This document shows positions 28,542 through 38,161 of a stretch of 64,000 bases of DNA, one piece after another. Under the pieces are notes generated by a model, which was not told the origin of the DNA, did no database searches, and saw only the letters and a program-made list of their open reading frames with translations. Position numbers and translations under genes: made by a program. Source of the DNA: Escherichia phage 348Ecol098PP; the sequence record OR062947.1, one strand, 5' to 3'. The stretch's first letter is position 1. Each line of letters opens with the position of its first letter.

Positions 28542-29187
28542 AATACGCATGCCTCCTGACGGAGAACGTTATATTAACGGTAAATCAGTATATAAACTAT
28601 ACTTGATGTGCAAAAACCACTTTGGTGGTCGGTATGACGTAATCAAATATAACTGGTGCATGCGTGTTTCGGATAATGCGTATCAAAAACGTCGAGATAA
28701 ATATTTCTTTGAAAAACTAGCAGAGAAATATAAATTGAAGGAACTCACCTTGATATTCATAAGCAACTTAGTTGCTAACCAAGACGCATGGATTGGTGAG
28801 ATATCAGACGCTGATGCATTAGTTTTCTATAGGGAATATATTGGACGACTAAAACAAGCTAAAGAGACGTTTGCTGAAGACGTACGTAACATCTACTATT
28901 TCAGTAAGAAAGTTGAAGTTAGTGCGCTTCAAGAGATATTTGATTATAATAATAAAGTTCAGTCGAGCTACATATTTAAATTGCTACAAAGCAATATAAT
29001 TTCATTTGAAACTTTCTTATTGTTGGACTCGTTTTTGAATATTATAGATAAGCACGACGAACTCACCGATAACTTAGTCTGGCAAAATTATTCTACCAAA
29101 TTAAAGGCATATCGAAAAATACTTCAAATCGATAGAAATGCTGCTAAGAAATTGTTCATAGAAACAATCAAATCATGTAAGTATTAA
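28534..29187 (+). CDS. 59: helicase loader gp59
   Basis: 217-aa ORF, same length as T4 gp59; directly upstream of gene 32. Confidence 0.8.
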   Translation: MIKIRMPPDGERYINGKSVYKLYLMCKNHFGGRYDVIKYNWCMRVSDNAYQKRRDKYFFEKLAEKYKLKELTLIFISNLVANQDAWIGEISDADALVFYREYIGRLKQAKETFAEDVRNIYYFSKKVEVSALQEIFDYNNKVQSSYIFKLLQSNIISFETFLLLDSFLNIIDKHDELTDNLVWQNYSTKLKAYRKILQIDRNAAKKLFIETIKSCKY

Positions 29188-29303
29188 GCTTTATTTCTTG
29201 TGTGTTAAAATTACTTTATAAATAAAACATACCAGCTACGAGGTATAAGTGTCGTAGCAACCAACTGTAAATAAATTAAATAATCTAAATAAAGGTAAAT
29301 ATA
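29188..29303 (+). promoter_or_regulatory. gene 32 leader: late promoter TATAAATA (29217-29224), candidate pseudoknot stem and AU-rich translational operator
   Basis: tataaata at 29217-29224; stem gctacg (29235-29240) / cgtagc (29253-29258); UAAAUAAAUUAAAUAAUCUAAAUAAA tract before the ATG. Confidence 0.55.
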
Positions 29304-30206
29304 ATGTTTAAACGTAAATCTACTGCTGACCTCGCTGCTCAAATGGCTAAACTGAATGGTAACAAAGGTTTCTCTTCAGAAGATAAAGGCGAATGGAAGC
29401 TGAAGCTAGATGCATCCGGTAATGGTCAAGCGGTAATTCGTTTCTTGCCAGCAAAAACTGATGATGCACTACCATTTGCAATTCTTGTTAACCACGGTTT
29501 CAAGAAAAATGGTAAATGGTATATTGAAAATTGCTCTTCTACACACGGTGATTATGACTCTTGTCCTGTATGTCAGTACATTAGTAAAAATGACCTGTAC
29601 AATACTAACAAAAATGAATATTCTCAACTGAAACGTAAAACTTCTTATTGGGCTAATATTCTGGTTGTTAAAGACCCTCAAGCTCCAGATAACGAAGGTA
29701 AAGTATTTAAATATCGTTTCGGTAAAAAGATTTGGGACAAAATCAATGCAATGATTGCTGTTGATACCGAAATGGGTGAAACTCCAGTTGATGTTACTTG
29801 TCCGTTTGAAGGTGCCAACTTCGTTCTGAAAGCTAAGCAGGTTTCTGGTTTTAGCAACTATGACGAATCTAAATTCTTGGGTCAATCTGAAATTCCTCGT
29901 ATTAATGACGAAGCATTCCAGAAAGAACTATATGACCAGATGGTAGATCTTACTACTTTGACGGCTAAAGACCAGTTCAAATCCTTTGAAAAATTAAATG
30001 AATCTTTCGCTAAGGTTCTTGGTACTGCCGCTCTTGGTGGTGCAGCAGCCGCAGCAGCTTCTGTTGCAGATAAAGTTGCTTCTGACCTTGACGATTTTGA
30101 TAAAGACATGGAAGCCTTTAGTTCTGCAAAAACTGAAGATGACTTCATGAGCTCTACCTCATCCTCTGATGATGGTGACCTCGATGACCTGTTAGCTGGT
30201 CTATAA
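29304..30206 (+). CDS. 32: single-stranded DNA binding protein gp32
   Basis: 300-aa ORF; [36 protein letters not shown]...RFLP, zinc site C-x-H...C...C, acidic C-terminal tail. Confidence 0.9.
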   Translation: MFKRKSTADLAAQMAKLNGNKGFSSEDKGEWKLKLDASGNGQAVIRFLPAKTDDALPFAILVNHGFKKNGKWYIENCSSTHGDYDSCPVCQYISKNDLYNTNKNEYSQLKRKTSYWANILVVKDPQAPDNEGKVFKYRFGKKIWDKINAMIAVDTEMGETPVDVTCPFEGANFVLKAKQVSGFSNYDESKFLGQSEIPRINDEAFQKELYDQMVDLTTLTAKDQFKSFEKLNESFAKVLGTAALGGAAAAAASVADKVASDLDDFDKDMEAFSSAKTEDDFMSSTSSSDDGDLDDLLAGL

Positions 30207-30212
30207 TAAATT

Positions 30213-30234
30213 GGGAGACTTCGGTCTCCCTTTT
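30213..30234 (+). terminator. rho-independent terminator
   Basis: gggagacTTCGgtctccc followed by tttt. Confidence 0.65.
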
Positions 30235-30261
30235 GAGTATCTGTAAATTGCCGAAAAAGTT

Positions 30262-30290
30262 GTTTACTTCTTCCCTGGATGTGTTAGTAT
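30262..30290 (+). promoter_or_regulatory. T4-type early promoter
   Basis: GTTTAC at 30262-30267, 17-nt spacer, tagtat at 30285-30290. Confidence 0.5.
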
Positions 30291-30319
30291 AGACCTATCA
30301 ACAACATGAGGAAATCAAA

Positions 30320-30724
30320 ATGGAAATCGGAAAATCTTATATCATTAACCCTTTATTTAAAGATGACTTTGTTCAAGAAGCACCACACAATAACGCTAAG
30401 ATGTTAAAATTGATTGAACTCCACGGGCCTAGTTTTGTTGTAAACGGAATGGAACCTGATTATGATAGCGATACGTCAAACGTAGTAAGTGTAACTATGG
30501 AAGATGGTACTGTATGTTCTGCCGGTGGTGAAATTGAAACTTATTTTGAGATTTATCCTGACGAGTTCAAATACTTTATTGAGTACTTTACTGAGGTAAC
30601 TTTAGAAAAGCCTCAACCTACTAACGAAGGTATAACTTTAGGTGTAACAAAAATCCATTGTATCGTAGATGAAACCAACGTCGACGAAATCATCAAACTT
30701 TTGCAAAAAACTTTTAAAAAGTAG
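30320..30724 (+). CDS. hypothetical protein (frd.3 position)
   Basis: 134-aa ORF with gagga RBS. Confidence 0.55.
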   Translation: MEIGKSYIINPLFKDDFVQEAPHNNAKMLKLIELHGPSFVVNGMEPDYDSDTSNVVSVTMEDGTVCSAGGEIETYFEIYPDEFKYFIEYFTEVTLEKPQPTNEGITLGVTKIHCIVDETNVDEIIKLLQKTFKK

Positions 30725-30762
30725 TGTACAATCAGATAGGGTTATGTTATAGTAGCCCTATC
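30724..30762 (+). promoter_or_regulatory. early promoter-like element inside a stem-loop
   Basis: GTGTAC -35-like; inverted repeat gataggg/ccctatc around ttatgttatag. Confidence 0.4.
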
Positions 30763-30788
30763 AAATCAAAAGTGAAGCGGAGAATAAA

Positions 30789-31037
30789 ATGAGATTGCAA
30801 CGCCAGAGCATCAAAGATTCGGAAGTTAGAGGTAAATGGTACTTCAACATCGTCGGTAAAGACGCTGAACTCCTTGAACAAGCTGAAGAAGCTTTACGAG
30901 AAATGGGTTGGAACGAAGAATGTGATGGATGTCCACTCTACGAAGATGGTGAAAGTGCAGGATTCTGGATTTATCATTCTGACGTCGATCAGTTTAAAGC
31001 TGATTGGAAAGTTGTTAAGAAAAATCTGAGGAAATAA
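30789..31037 (+). CDS. hypothetical protein (frd.2 position)
   Basis: 82-aa ORF with RBS. Confidence 0.5.
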   Translation: MRLQRQSIKDSEVRGKWYFNIVGKDAELLEQAEEALREMGWNEECDGCPLYEDGESAGFWIYHSDVDQFKADWKVVKKNLRK

Positions 31038-31039
31038 TT

Positions 31040-31288
31040 ATGAATGTTGTTGTTGAATACTCTCAAGGCGCTGATGTCGGATATGAAGTTTATACTTCAG
31101 TTAATTTAGACCATCCGGATTTGGCCGAATTCATTGGCGACGCATTTGATTTGTCTGGGCGATACACAACAAAACCTCGCGTTTGTGTTATAACATTTGA
31201 CCCGACCGACGGCTGTCAAATCCAGACTGATTTGGTTTCTTCTAAATCACAAATCCAAAAAGTTATTAAAGGACTTAAAAATGCTTAA
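31040..31288 (+). CDS. hypothetical protein (frd.1 position)
   Basis: 82-aa ORF with gagga RBS. Confidence 0.5.
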   Translation: MNVVVEYSQGADVGYEVYTSVNLDHPDLAEFIGDAFDLSGRYTTKPRVCVITFDPTDGCQIQTDLVSSKSQIQKVIKGLKNA

Positions 31289-31868
31289 ATTAGTATTCGC
31301 ATGTGCTCCGACTAAAACAGTTGATGATAAGCTGGAATATGCTTTTGGATTAGGTGATGGACTTCCATGGAAGCATATCAAACAAGATATGAGTAACTTT
31401 GTTGCTCGCACTAAAAACACTGTAATGGTTATGGGTGCTAAGACTTTTGCATCATTACCTCGTCTACTCCAAGACCGTACTCATGTGGTTGTCACTGATA
31501 TGGCCAGAAAACTGCCTAGGACTAAAACCAACGAACTTGCACGGTTCTATATCACCCAATCTGAATTTATTACCTTGGTAACAGGTGGTGAAATTAACCT
31601 GTTTAGCCCTGCAACTGATGTACCGTTTAAACTTTCTACTGAACATGTTGATGTATCTGTTATCGGCGGTCCTGCTTTATTAAAACAAGCACTGCCTTAT
31701 GCCGATGAAATCGTGATGACTAAAATCATTAAGAAATGTCGTGTTAATTCCGATGTTCAACTTGATAAAGATTTCGTCCAAGATATTATGCTTCAACGTT
31801 CTATGGTAGAATCTCATTACTACAGAATCGATGAACTCACCGAAATTACTGAGAGCGTGTATAAATGA
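31281..31868 (+). CDS. frd: dihydrofolate reductase
   Basis: 195 aa from the ATG at 31281; MLKLVFACAPTK...FGLGDGLPWKHIKQDM resembles the DHFR N-terminus; immediately upstream of td. Confidence 0.8.
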   Translation: MLKLVFACAPTKTVDDKLEYAFGLGDGLPWKHIKQDMSNFVARTKNTVMVMGAKTFASLPRLLQDRTHVVVTDMARKLPRTKTNELARFYITQSEFITLVTGGEINLFSPATDVPFKLSTEHVDVSVIGGPALLKQALPYADEIVMTKIIKKCRVNSDVQLDKDFVQDIMLQRSMVESHYYRIDELTEITESVYK

Positions 31869-32413
31869 AACAATACCAATACCTGATTAATGATATCCTA
31901 GAAAATGGTTATGAAACAGACGACCGTACAGGTACCGGCACTATTGCCCTGTTCGGAACTAAATTGCGATGGGATCTGACTAAAGGATTCCCTGCGGTAA
32001 CAACTAAGAAATTAGCATGGAAAGCTTGTATTGCCGAGCTATTATGGTTCATGTCTGGTTCTACCAATGTTAATGATTTGCGTATTCGTACTCATGGTAG
32101 TCTTATTCAAGGTAAAACTATTTGGGACGACAACTATGAAAATCAGGCAAAAGACCTTGGATATCATAGCGGCGAACTTGGTCCTATTTATGGTAAGCAA
32201 TGGCGTGATTTCGGCGGTGTAGACCAATTGGTCAAAACTATCGACCGTATTAAAGCTCTTCCTAATGATCGTCGTCAAATAGTTTCTGCATGGAACCCGG
32301 CCGAAATTGACCAAATGGCTCTTCCTCCTTGTCATATGTTCTATCAATTTAATGTGCGTAATGGTCATCTTGATTTACAATGGTACCAACGAAGTGTTGA
32401 TGTTTTCTTAGGT
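31865..32413 (+). CDS. td: thymidylate synthase, exon 1 (codons 1-183)
   Basis: TS motifs (RTGTGT, PPCH.FYQF); the ORF ends at a UAA that is the first triplet of the intron. Confidence 0.85.
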
Positions 32414-33429
32414 TAATTTAGGCCTAGGTATAAGGCGACTTATACTTGTAATCTATCTAAACGGGGAACCTCTCTAGTAGACAATCCCGTGCTAAATTGT
32501 AGGACTACCCTTTAATAAATACTTCTATATAAAAAGAGGTGTTTATGAAAAGCGGAATTTATCAGATTAAAAACACTTTAAACGGTAAAGTGTATGTTGG
32601 AAGTGCTAAAGATTTTGAGAAAAGATGGAAGAGACATTTTAAAGACCTTGAAAACGGTGTTCACTCTTCTATAAAATTTCAAAGGTCTTTTAATAAACAT
32701 GGTAATGTTTTTGAATGCTCTGTACTGGAAGAAATTCCATATGAGAAAGATTTGATTATTGAACGAGAAAATTTTTGGATTAAAGAGCTAAATTCTAAAA
32801 TTAATGGATATAATATTGCTGATGCGTCTTTTGGCGATGTGCTTTCAAATCATCCATTAAAAGAAGAAATTGCTAAGAAACGAGCTGAAACTGTTAAAGC
32901 TAAGATGCTTAAGCTTGGTCCTGATGGTCGGAAAGCTCTTTATGGTAAACACGGAAGTAAAAATGGCCGATGGAATCCAGAAAACCACAAGTTTTGTAAA
33001 TGCGGTGTTCGCATACCATCTTCGGCCGATACTTGTGGAAAGTGCCGAAAACGTTCAGGTGAAAATAACCCGTTCTTTAATCACAAACATTCAGAAAAAA
33101 CTAAAACTAAACTATCTGAAAAGATGAAAGGCAAAAAGCCAGCTAACATCAAAAAGATTTCATGCGATGGGATTATTTTTGAATGTGCAGCCGATGCGGC
33201 TAGACATTTTGAAATTTCATCAGGATTAGTTACTTACCGTGTAAAATCTGATAAGTGGAATTGGTTCTACATAAATGCCTAACGACTATCCCTTTAGGGA
33301 GTAGGGTCAAGTGACTCGAAACGATAGACAACTTGCTTTAACAAGTTGGAGATATAGTCTGCTCTGCATGGTGACATGCAGCTGGATATAATTCCGGGAT
33401 AAGATTAACGACCTTATCTGAACATAATG
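32414..33429 (+). mobile_element. group I self-splicing intron in td (1016 nt)
   Basis: Begins uaauu.aggccu..guauaaggugacuuauacuuguaaucuaucuaaacgggga and ends ...cuuaucugaacauaauG before exon 2 cuaccguu, as recalled for the T4 td intron; length is exactly 1016. Confidence 0.85.
32545..33282 (+). CDS. I-TevI: intron-encoded GIY-YIG homing endonuclease I-TevI
   Basis: 245 aa; MKSGIYQIKNTLNGKVYVGSAKDFEKRWKRH, zinc finger CKCG...CGKC, C-terminal VTYRVKSDKWNWFYINA, near-identical to recalled T4 I-TevI. Confidence 0.85.
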   Translation: MKSGIYQIKNTLNGKVYVGSAKDFEKRWKRHFKDLENGVHSSIKFQRSFNKHGNVFECSVLEEIPYEKDLIIERENFWIKELNSKINGYNIADASFGDVLSNHPLKEEIAKKRAETVKAKMLKLGPDGRKALYGKHGSKNGRWNPENHKFCKCGVRIPSSADTCGKCRKRSGENNPFFNHKHSEKTKTKLSEKMKGKKPANIKKISCDGIIFECAADAARHFEISSGLVTYRVKSDKWNWFYINA

Positions 33430-33741
33430 CTACCGTTCAACATTGCCTCGTACGCTGCCTTGACGCATATTGTAGCGAAGATGTGTAACCTTATCCCAGG
33501 TGATTTAGTGTTCTCAGGCGGCAACACGCATATCTACAGCAATCATGTAGAACAATGCAAAGAAGTTCTTCGTCGTGAACCTAAAGAGTTATGTTCTCTT
33601 GAAATTAATTGGCCTAGTAATTTTGAGAATTGGCCTACAAAAATCCAAATGGACTGGGTTACTGGAACGATGACATATTCTGATTTCGTTCTTAAAAATT
33701 ACGAATCACATCCAGCTATCAAAGCTAAAATGGCGGTATAA
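33430..33741 (+). CDS. td: thymidylate synthase, exon 2 (codons 184-286)
   Basis: Continues in frame as LPFNIASYA...; exon 1 plus exon 2 gives 286 aa, the T4 TS length. Confidence 0.85.
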   Translation, partial: LPFNIASYAALTHIVAKMCNLIPGDLVFSGGNTHIYSNHVEQCKEVLRREPKELCSLEINWPSNFENWPTKIQMDWVTGTMTYSDFVLKNYESHPAIKAKMAV

Positions 33742-33742
33742 A

Positions 33743-33997
33743 ATGATTTTACGTTTTATTAATTCATATGGCACCACAATTTTTGAAATGAAAAATCCTA
33801 CCGAACTAGATATCCCTTCACCGAATAGTGAAATCACAGTCAAAGGTGAACGATTCATTTGCTATTCACATGAACGAATTTATGAATATCGTGAATTTTG
33901 TGGTGGTTACGGTATGGAAAAAGAACCATTGGTTTATTTCGATATCACGGTCTTGACACCTAAAGAATACGAAGAAATTATTGCTGAGGATAATTAA
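33743..33997 (+). CDS. hypothetical protein
   Basis: 84-aa ORF between td and nrdA. Confidence 0.45.
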   Translation: MILRFINSYGTTIFEMKNPTELDIPSPNSEITVKGERFICYSHERIYEYREFCGGYGMEKEPLVYFDITVLTPKEYEEIIAEDN

Positions 33998-34084
33998 CGC
34001 TTCAGTTTAAAAGTGTATAATAAATTAACGGGATAAATACTATCCCGTTTGGAGTAATGTCTATCAACCTATACTGAGGACTAT

Positions 34085-36340
34085 ATGCAAGTAACTAAGA
34101 GCAGTGGTGTATCCCAAAATTTTGATGCACAGAAAATTATTCAAGTCTTAACTTGGCAATGTGAAGGAACACAAATTGACCCATATGAATTGTACGAAGA
34201 AATTAAGACCCATCTTGTTGACGGGATGAGCACCAAAGATATCCAGAAGATTTGTATTAAAGTTGCAGCTAACTCGATTTCTGTCGAAGAACCTGATTAT
34301 CAGTATGTCGCCGCCAAAGGGCTAATGTTTGCACTTCGTAAAGATGTATATGGGCAGTTTGAACCGCCTGCTTTTATCGACCATATTTCTTATTGTGTTA
34401 ATGAAGGCAAATATGACCCTGAGCTGTTGTCTCAATATTCAGCAGAAGAAATCATTTATCTCGATTCACAGATTAAACATGAGCGAGATTTTGACCTGAC
34501 TTATGCTGGTGCTATGCAGCTTAAAGAAAAATACCTGGTTAAAGATAAAACAACTGGGAAGATTTATGAAACTCCCCAGTTTGCTATCATGGCCATTGGC
34601 ATGGCCTTACACCAAGACGAAACTCATGACCGTTTGAAACATATTATTCGTTTTTATGATGCCGTTTCTACTCATCAAGTTTCATTGCCTACCCCAATTA
34701 TGGCAGGTGCTCGTACTCCAACTCGCCAGTTCTCTAGTTGTGTAGTTATTGAAGCAGGTGATTCGTTAAAATCTATTAACAAAACTTCAGCATCAATTAT
34801 TGAATATATTTCTAAACGAGCTGGTATCGGTATCAACGTTGGTATGCTTCGTGCAGAAGGTTCTAAGATCGGTATGGGTGAAGTTCGACATACAGGTGTT
34901 ATTCCATTCTGGAAACATTTCCAAACTGCAGTAAAATCTTGTTCTCAAGGTGGTATTCGTGGTGGTGCTGCTACAGCGTATTATCCGATGTGGCACTTAG
35001 AAGTAGAGAACCTATTAGTTCTGAAAAATAACAAAGGCGTGGATGAAAACCGTATTCGTCATATGGACTACGGAATTCAGATTAATGACCTTATGATGGA
35101 ACGCCTTGGTAAAAATGATTATATTACTTTATTTAGCCCTCACGAAATGTCAGGCGAACTATACTACTCGTTCTTTGAAGATCAAGATAAATTCCGTGAG
35201 CTTTATGAGAAAGCTGAAAAAGACCCGTCAATCAGAAAGAAAAGAATCAAAGCACTAGAACTCTTTGAATTGTTCATGACTGAACGTTCTGGCACTGCTC
35301 GAATTTATCCACAGTTTGTTGATAACACGAATAACTACACTCCATTTATTCGTGAAAAAGCTCCAATTCGTCAGAGTAACTTATGTTGTGAAATCGCTAT
35401 TCCAACTAATGATGTGAATGGTCCTGATGCTGAAATTGGTTTATGCACATTATCTGCTTTTGTATTAGATAAATTTGATTGGCAAGACCAAGATAAAATT
35501 AATGAACTTGCTGAAGTACAAGTACGTGCACTTGATAACCTGTTAGACTATCAAGATTATCCGGTTCCAGAAGCTTTAAAAGCTAAAAAGCGTCGAAACC
35601 TCGGTGTTGGTGTTACGAACTATGCCGCATGGTTAGCTTCCAACTTTGCTTCATATGAAGACGCTAACGATTTGACTCATGAATTGTTTGAGAGATTGCA
35701 ATATGGCCTTATCAAAGCATCAATCAAACTCGCCAAAGAAAAAGGATGTTGCGAGTATTATTCAGACACTAAATGGTCTAGAGGCGAATTACCTATCGAC
35801 TGGTACAATAAAAAGATTGACCAAATCGCAGCCCCGAACTACGTCTGTGACTGGGAAGAACTTCGAGCTGAACTCAAAGAACATGGAATTCGTAACTCAA
35901 CGTTGTCTGCACTCATGCCTTGTGAGTCAAGCAGTCAAGTATCGAACTCTACAAATGGGATTGAGCCACCACGCGGTCCAGTAAGTATTAAAGAATCTAA
36001 AGAAGGCAACTTCCGACAGGTTGTTCCTAATATCGAACATAACATGAGTCTTTACGACTATGCGTGGAAACTTGCTAAGAAAGGTAATAAACCTTATTTG
36101 ACCCAAGTTGCTATCATGTTGAAATGGGTGTGCCAATCTGCTTCTGCTAATACTTACTATGACCCTGCAGTATTTGAGAAAGGTAAAGTGCCAATGTCAG
36201 TAATGCTTGACGATCTGCTTTACTTCTGGTACTTTGGCGGAAAAAACCTCTACTATCATAACACTCGTGATGGGTCTGGTACAGACGACTATGAATTAGA
36301 AACACCTAAAGCAGAAGATTGTTCTGCTTGTAAGCTTTAA
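34085..36340 (+). CDS. nrdA: ribonucleoside-diphosphate reductase alpha subunit
   Basis: 751-aa ORF with class I RNR motifs (ATP-cone N-terminus, catalytic NLCCEI, C-terminal CSACKL). Confidence 0.9.
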   Translation: MQVTKSSGVSQNFDAQKIIQVLTWQCEGTQIDPYELYEEIKTHLVDGMSTKDIQKICIKVAANSISVEEPDYQYVAAKGLMFALRKDVYGQFEPPAFIDHISYCVNEGKYDPELLSQYSAEEIIYLDSQIKHERDFDLTYAGAMQLKEKYLVKDKTTGKIYETPQFAIMAIGMALHQDETHDRLKHIIRFYDAVSTHQVSLPTPIMAGARTPTRQFSSCVVIEAGDSLKSINKTSASIIEYISKRAGIGINVGMLRAEGSKIGMGEVRHTGVIPFWKHFQTAVKSCSQGGIRGGAATAYYPMWHLEVENLLVLKNNKGVDENRIRHMDYGIQINDLMMERLGKNDYITLFSPHEMSGELYYSFFEDQDKFRELYEKAEKDPSIRKKRIKALELFELFMTERSGTARIYPQFVDNTNNYTPFIREKAPIRQSNLCCEIAIPTNDVNGPDAEIGLCTLSAFVLDKFDWQDQDKINELAEVQVRALDNLLDYQDYPVPEALKAKKRRNLGVGVTNYAAWLASNFASYEDANDLTHELFERLQYGLIKASIKLAKEKGCCEYYSDTKWSRGELPIDWYNKKIDQIAAPNYVCDWEELRAELKEHGIRNSTLSALMPCESSSQVSNSTNGIEPPRGPVSIKESKEGNFRQVVPNIEHNMSLYDYAWKLAKKGNKPYLTQVAIMLKWVCQSASANTYYDPAVFEKGKVPMSVMLDDLLYFWYFGGKNLYYHNTRDGSGTDDYELETPKAEDCSACKL

Positions 36341-36394
36341 GACTTTTTATTATAATTTACTCATGGATGAGTTAATAACTAAGTGAGAAATATA

Positions 36395-37070
36395 ATGAGT
36401 ACAGTTTTTAACACACAACAAGTCGATGTTTTGAATGAACCGATGTTCTTTGGTTCTGGTCTTGGCCTTGCACGTTACGATATTCAACGACATAAAGTTT
36501 TTGAAGAGCTTATCGAAAAGCAGCTCTCGTTCTTTTGGCGTCCCGAGGAAGTAAACTTGATGTTGGATTCGGCCCAGTTTAATAAGCTTCCACAGTTCCA
36601 ACAGGACATCTTTACCAACAACCTTAAGTATCAATCATTATTAGATTCTATCCAAGGTAGAGCACCATCTGCGGTACTTATGTCATTGCTTTCAGACCCT
36701 TCATTAGATACATGGGTTGCTACATGGACTTTCAGTGAAACTATTCACTCTCGTTCATATACTCATATTATGCGAAATCTTTATACAGATCCATCGAAGG
36801 TGTTTGATGAGATTGTATTAGATGAAGCTATTATGAAGCGTGCCGAATCTATCGGACGATATTATGATGATGTTCTGGTTAAAGCTCGTTATTGGGAAAA
36901 CGCTAAAGCTGATATCGAATACCAAAAAGAAATTAATGCAGACGAAGACGTTATTGAAGATGCTATTGAGCATGAGACATATTGGAAGCGTGAGCTAATG
37001 AAATCTCTTTACCTTTGCCTCCATGTAATCAACGCATTGGAAGCTATTCGTTTTTATGTATCTTTTGCGT
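36395..37070 (+). CDS. nrdB: ribonucleotide reductase beta subunit, exon 1
   Basis: ATG at 36395; matches recalled T4 NrdB through ...LEAIRFYVSFA; the last exon nucleotide T37070 starts the split Cys codon. Confidence 0.8.
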
Positions 37071-38161
37071 AAAATGCGCCTTTAAACGGTAACGTTTATC
37101 GAAAACTCCTTTAATTGCTGGAAAGTCCTTTATAGGAAAACTAGCAGCCAAGGTTTTGCTTGCACCTTTAATTAGTATAATATAAATATGATTATACTTT
37201 TAAGAGGATGCACAATTGAACTATAGAAAAATTTGGATAGATGCTAACGGACCTATACCTAAAGATTCTGATGGAAGAACATACGAAATCCATCATAAAG
37301 ACGGTAACCGTGAAAATAATGATTTAGATAATTTGATGTGCCTTTCTATACAGGAACATTATGATATACATTTAGCTCAAAAAGATTACCAGGCTTGTCA
37401 TGCTATAAAGCTTAGAATGAAATATTCTCCTGAAGAAATTTCTGAATTAGCTTCTAAAGCCGCAAAATCTAGAGAAATCCAGATTTTTAATATCCCTGAA
37501 GTACGAGCTAAAAATATTGCCTCTATTAAATCTAAGATAGAAAATGGTACATTTCATCTTTTAGGTGGTGAAATACAACGTAAATCTAATTTAAATAGAG
37601 TTGCATTAGGTATACATAATTTTCAACAAGCTGAGCATGTTGCAAAAGTCAAAGAACGTAATATTGCAGCTATAAAAGAAGGTACTCATGTATTTTGCGG
37701 TGGTAAAATGCAGTCAGAAACTCAATCAAAACGGGTAAATGACGGTTCACATCATTTCTTATCAGAAGACCATAAGAAAAGAACATCAGCAAAAACATTA
37801 GAAATGGTTAAGAACGGGACCCATCCTGCACAAAAAGAAATCACATGTGATTTCTGCGGTCACATTGGTAAAGGTCCTGGATTTTATCTAAAACATAATG
37901 ACAGATGTAAATTAAATCCAAATAGAATTCAATTGAATTGTCCATATTGTGATAAGAAAGATTTATCACCATCAACATATAAACGATGGCACGGCGACAA
38001 TTGCAAAGCAAGGTTCAACGACTAGTCTTCGGACGTAGGGTCAAGCGACTCGAAATGGGGAGAATCCCTCTGGGATTGTGATATAGTCTGGTCTGCATAG
38101 TAATATGTAGCAGTTCATAAGAGAACGGGTTGAGAATTAGCGAGCTCAATCGAACATAACG
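37071..38161 (+). mobile_element. group I intron in nrdB (about 1091 nt) carrying an HNH endonuclease ORF
   Basis: Interrupts NrdB between ...YVSFA and C-TFNFHKNMEIMEG; ends in G before exon 2 gtaccttt; boundaries inferred from the protein junction, so plus or minus a few nt. Confidence 0.75.
37216..38025 (+). CDS. I-TevIII: intron-encoded HNH homing endonuclease (full-length I-TevIII-like)
   Basis: 269-aa ORF with HNH motif EIHHKDGNRENNDLDNL and C-terminal Cys clusters; apparent TTG start at 37216 after aagagg RBS. Confidence 0.7.
   Translation: MNYRKIWIDANGPIPKDSDGRTYEIHHKDGNRENNDLDNLMCLSIQEHYDIHLAQKDYQACHAIKLRMKYSPEEISELASKAAKSREIQIFNIPEVRAKNIASIKSKIENGTFHLLGGEIQRKSNLNRVALGIHNFQQAEHVAKVKERNIAAIKEGTHVFCGGKMQSETQSKRVNDGSHHFLSEDHKKRTSAKTLEMVKNGTHPAQKEITCDFCGHIGKGPGFYLKHNDRCKLNPNRIQLNCPYCDKKDLSPSTYKRWHGDNCKARFND

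Noticed and set aside
32414-32416. In-frame stop codons truncating td (32414) and nrdB (37070) as evidence of pseudogenes
   Set aside because: Both stops are the first triplet of group I introns; the downstream exons continue the proteins in frame after splicing.
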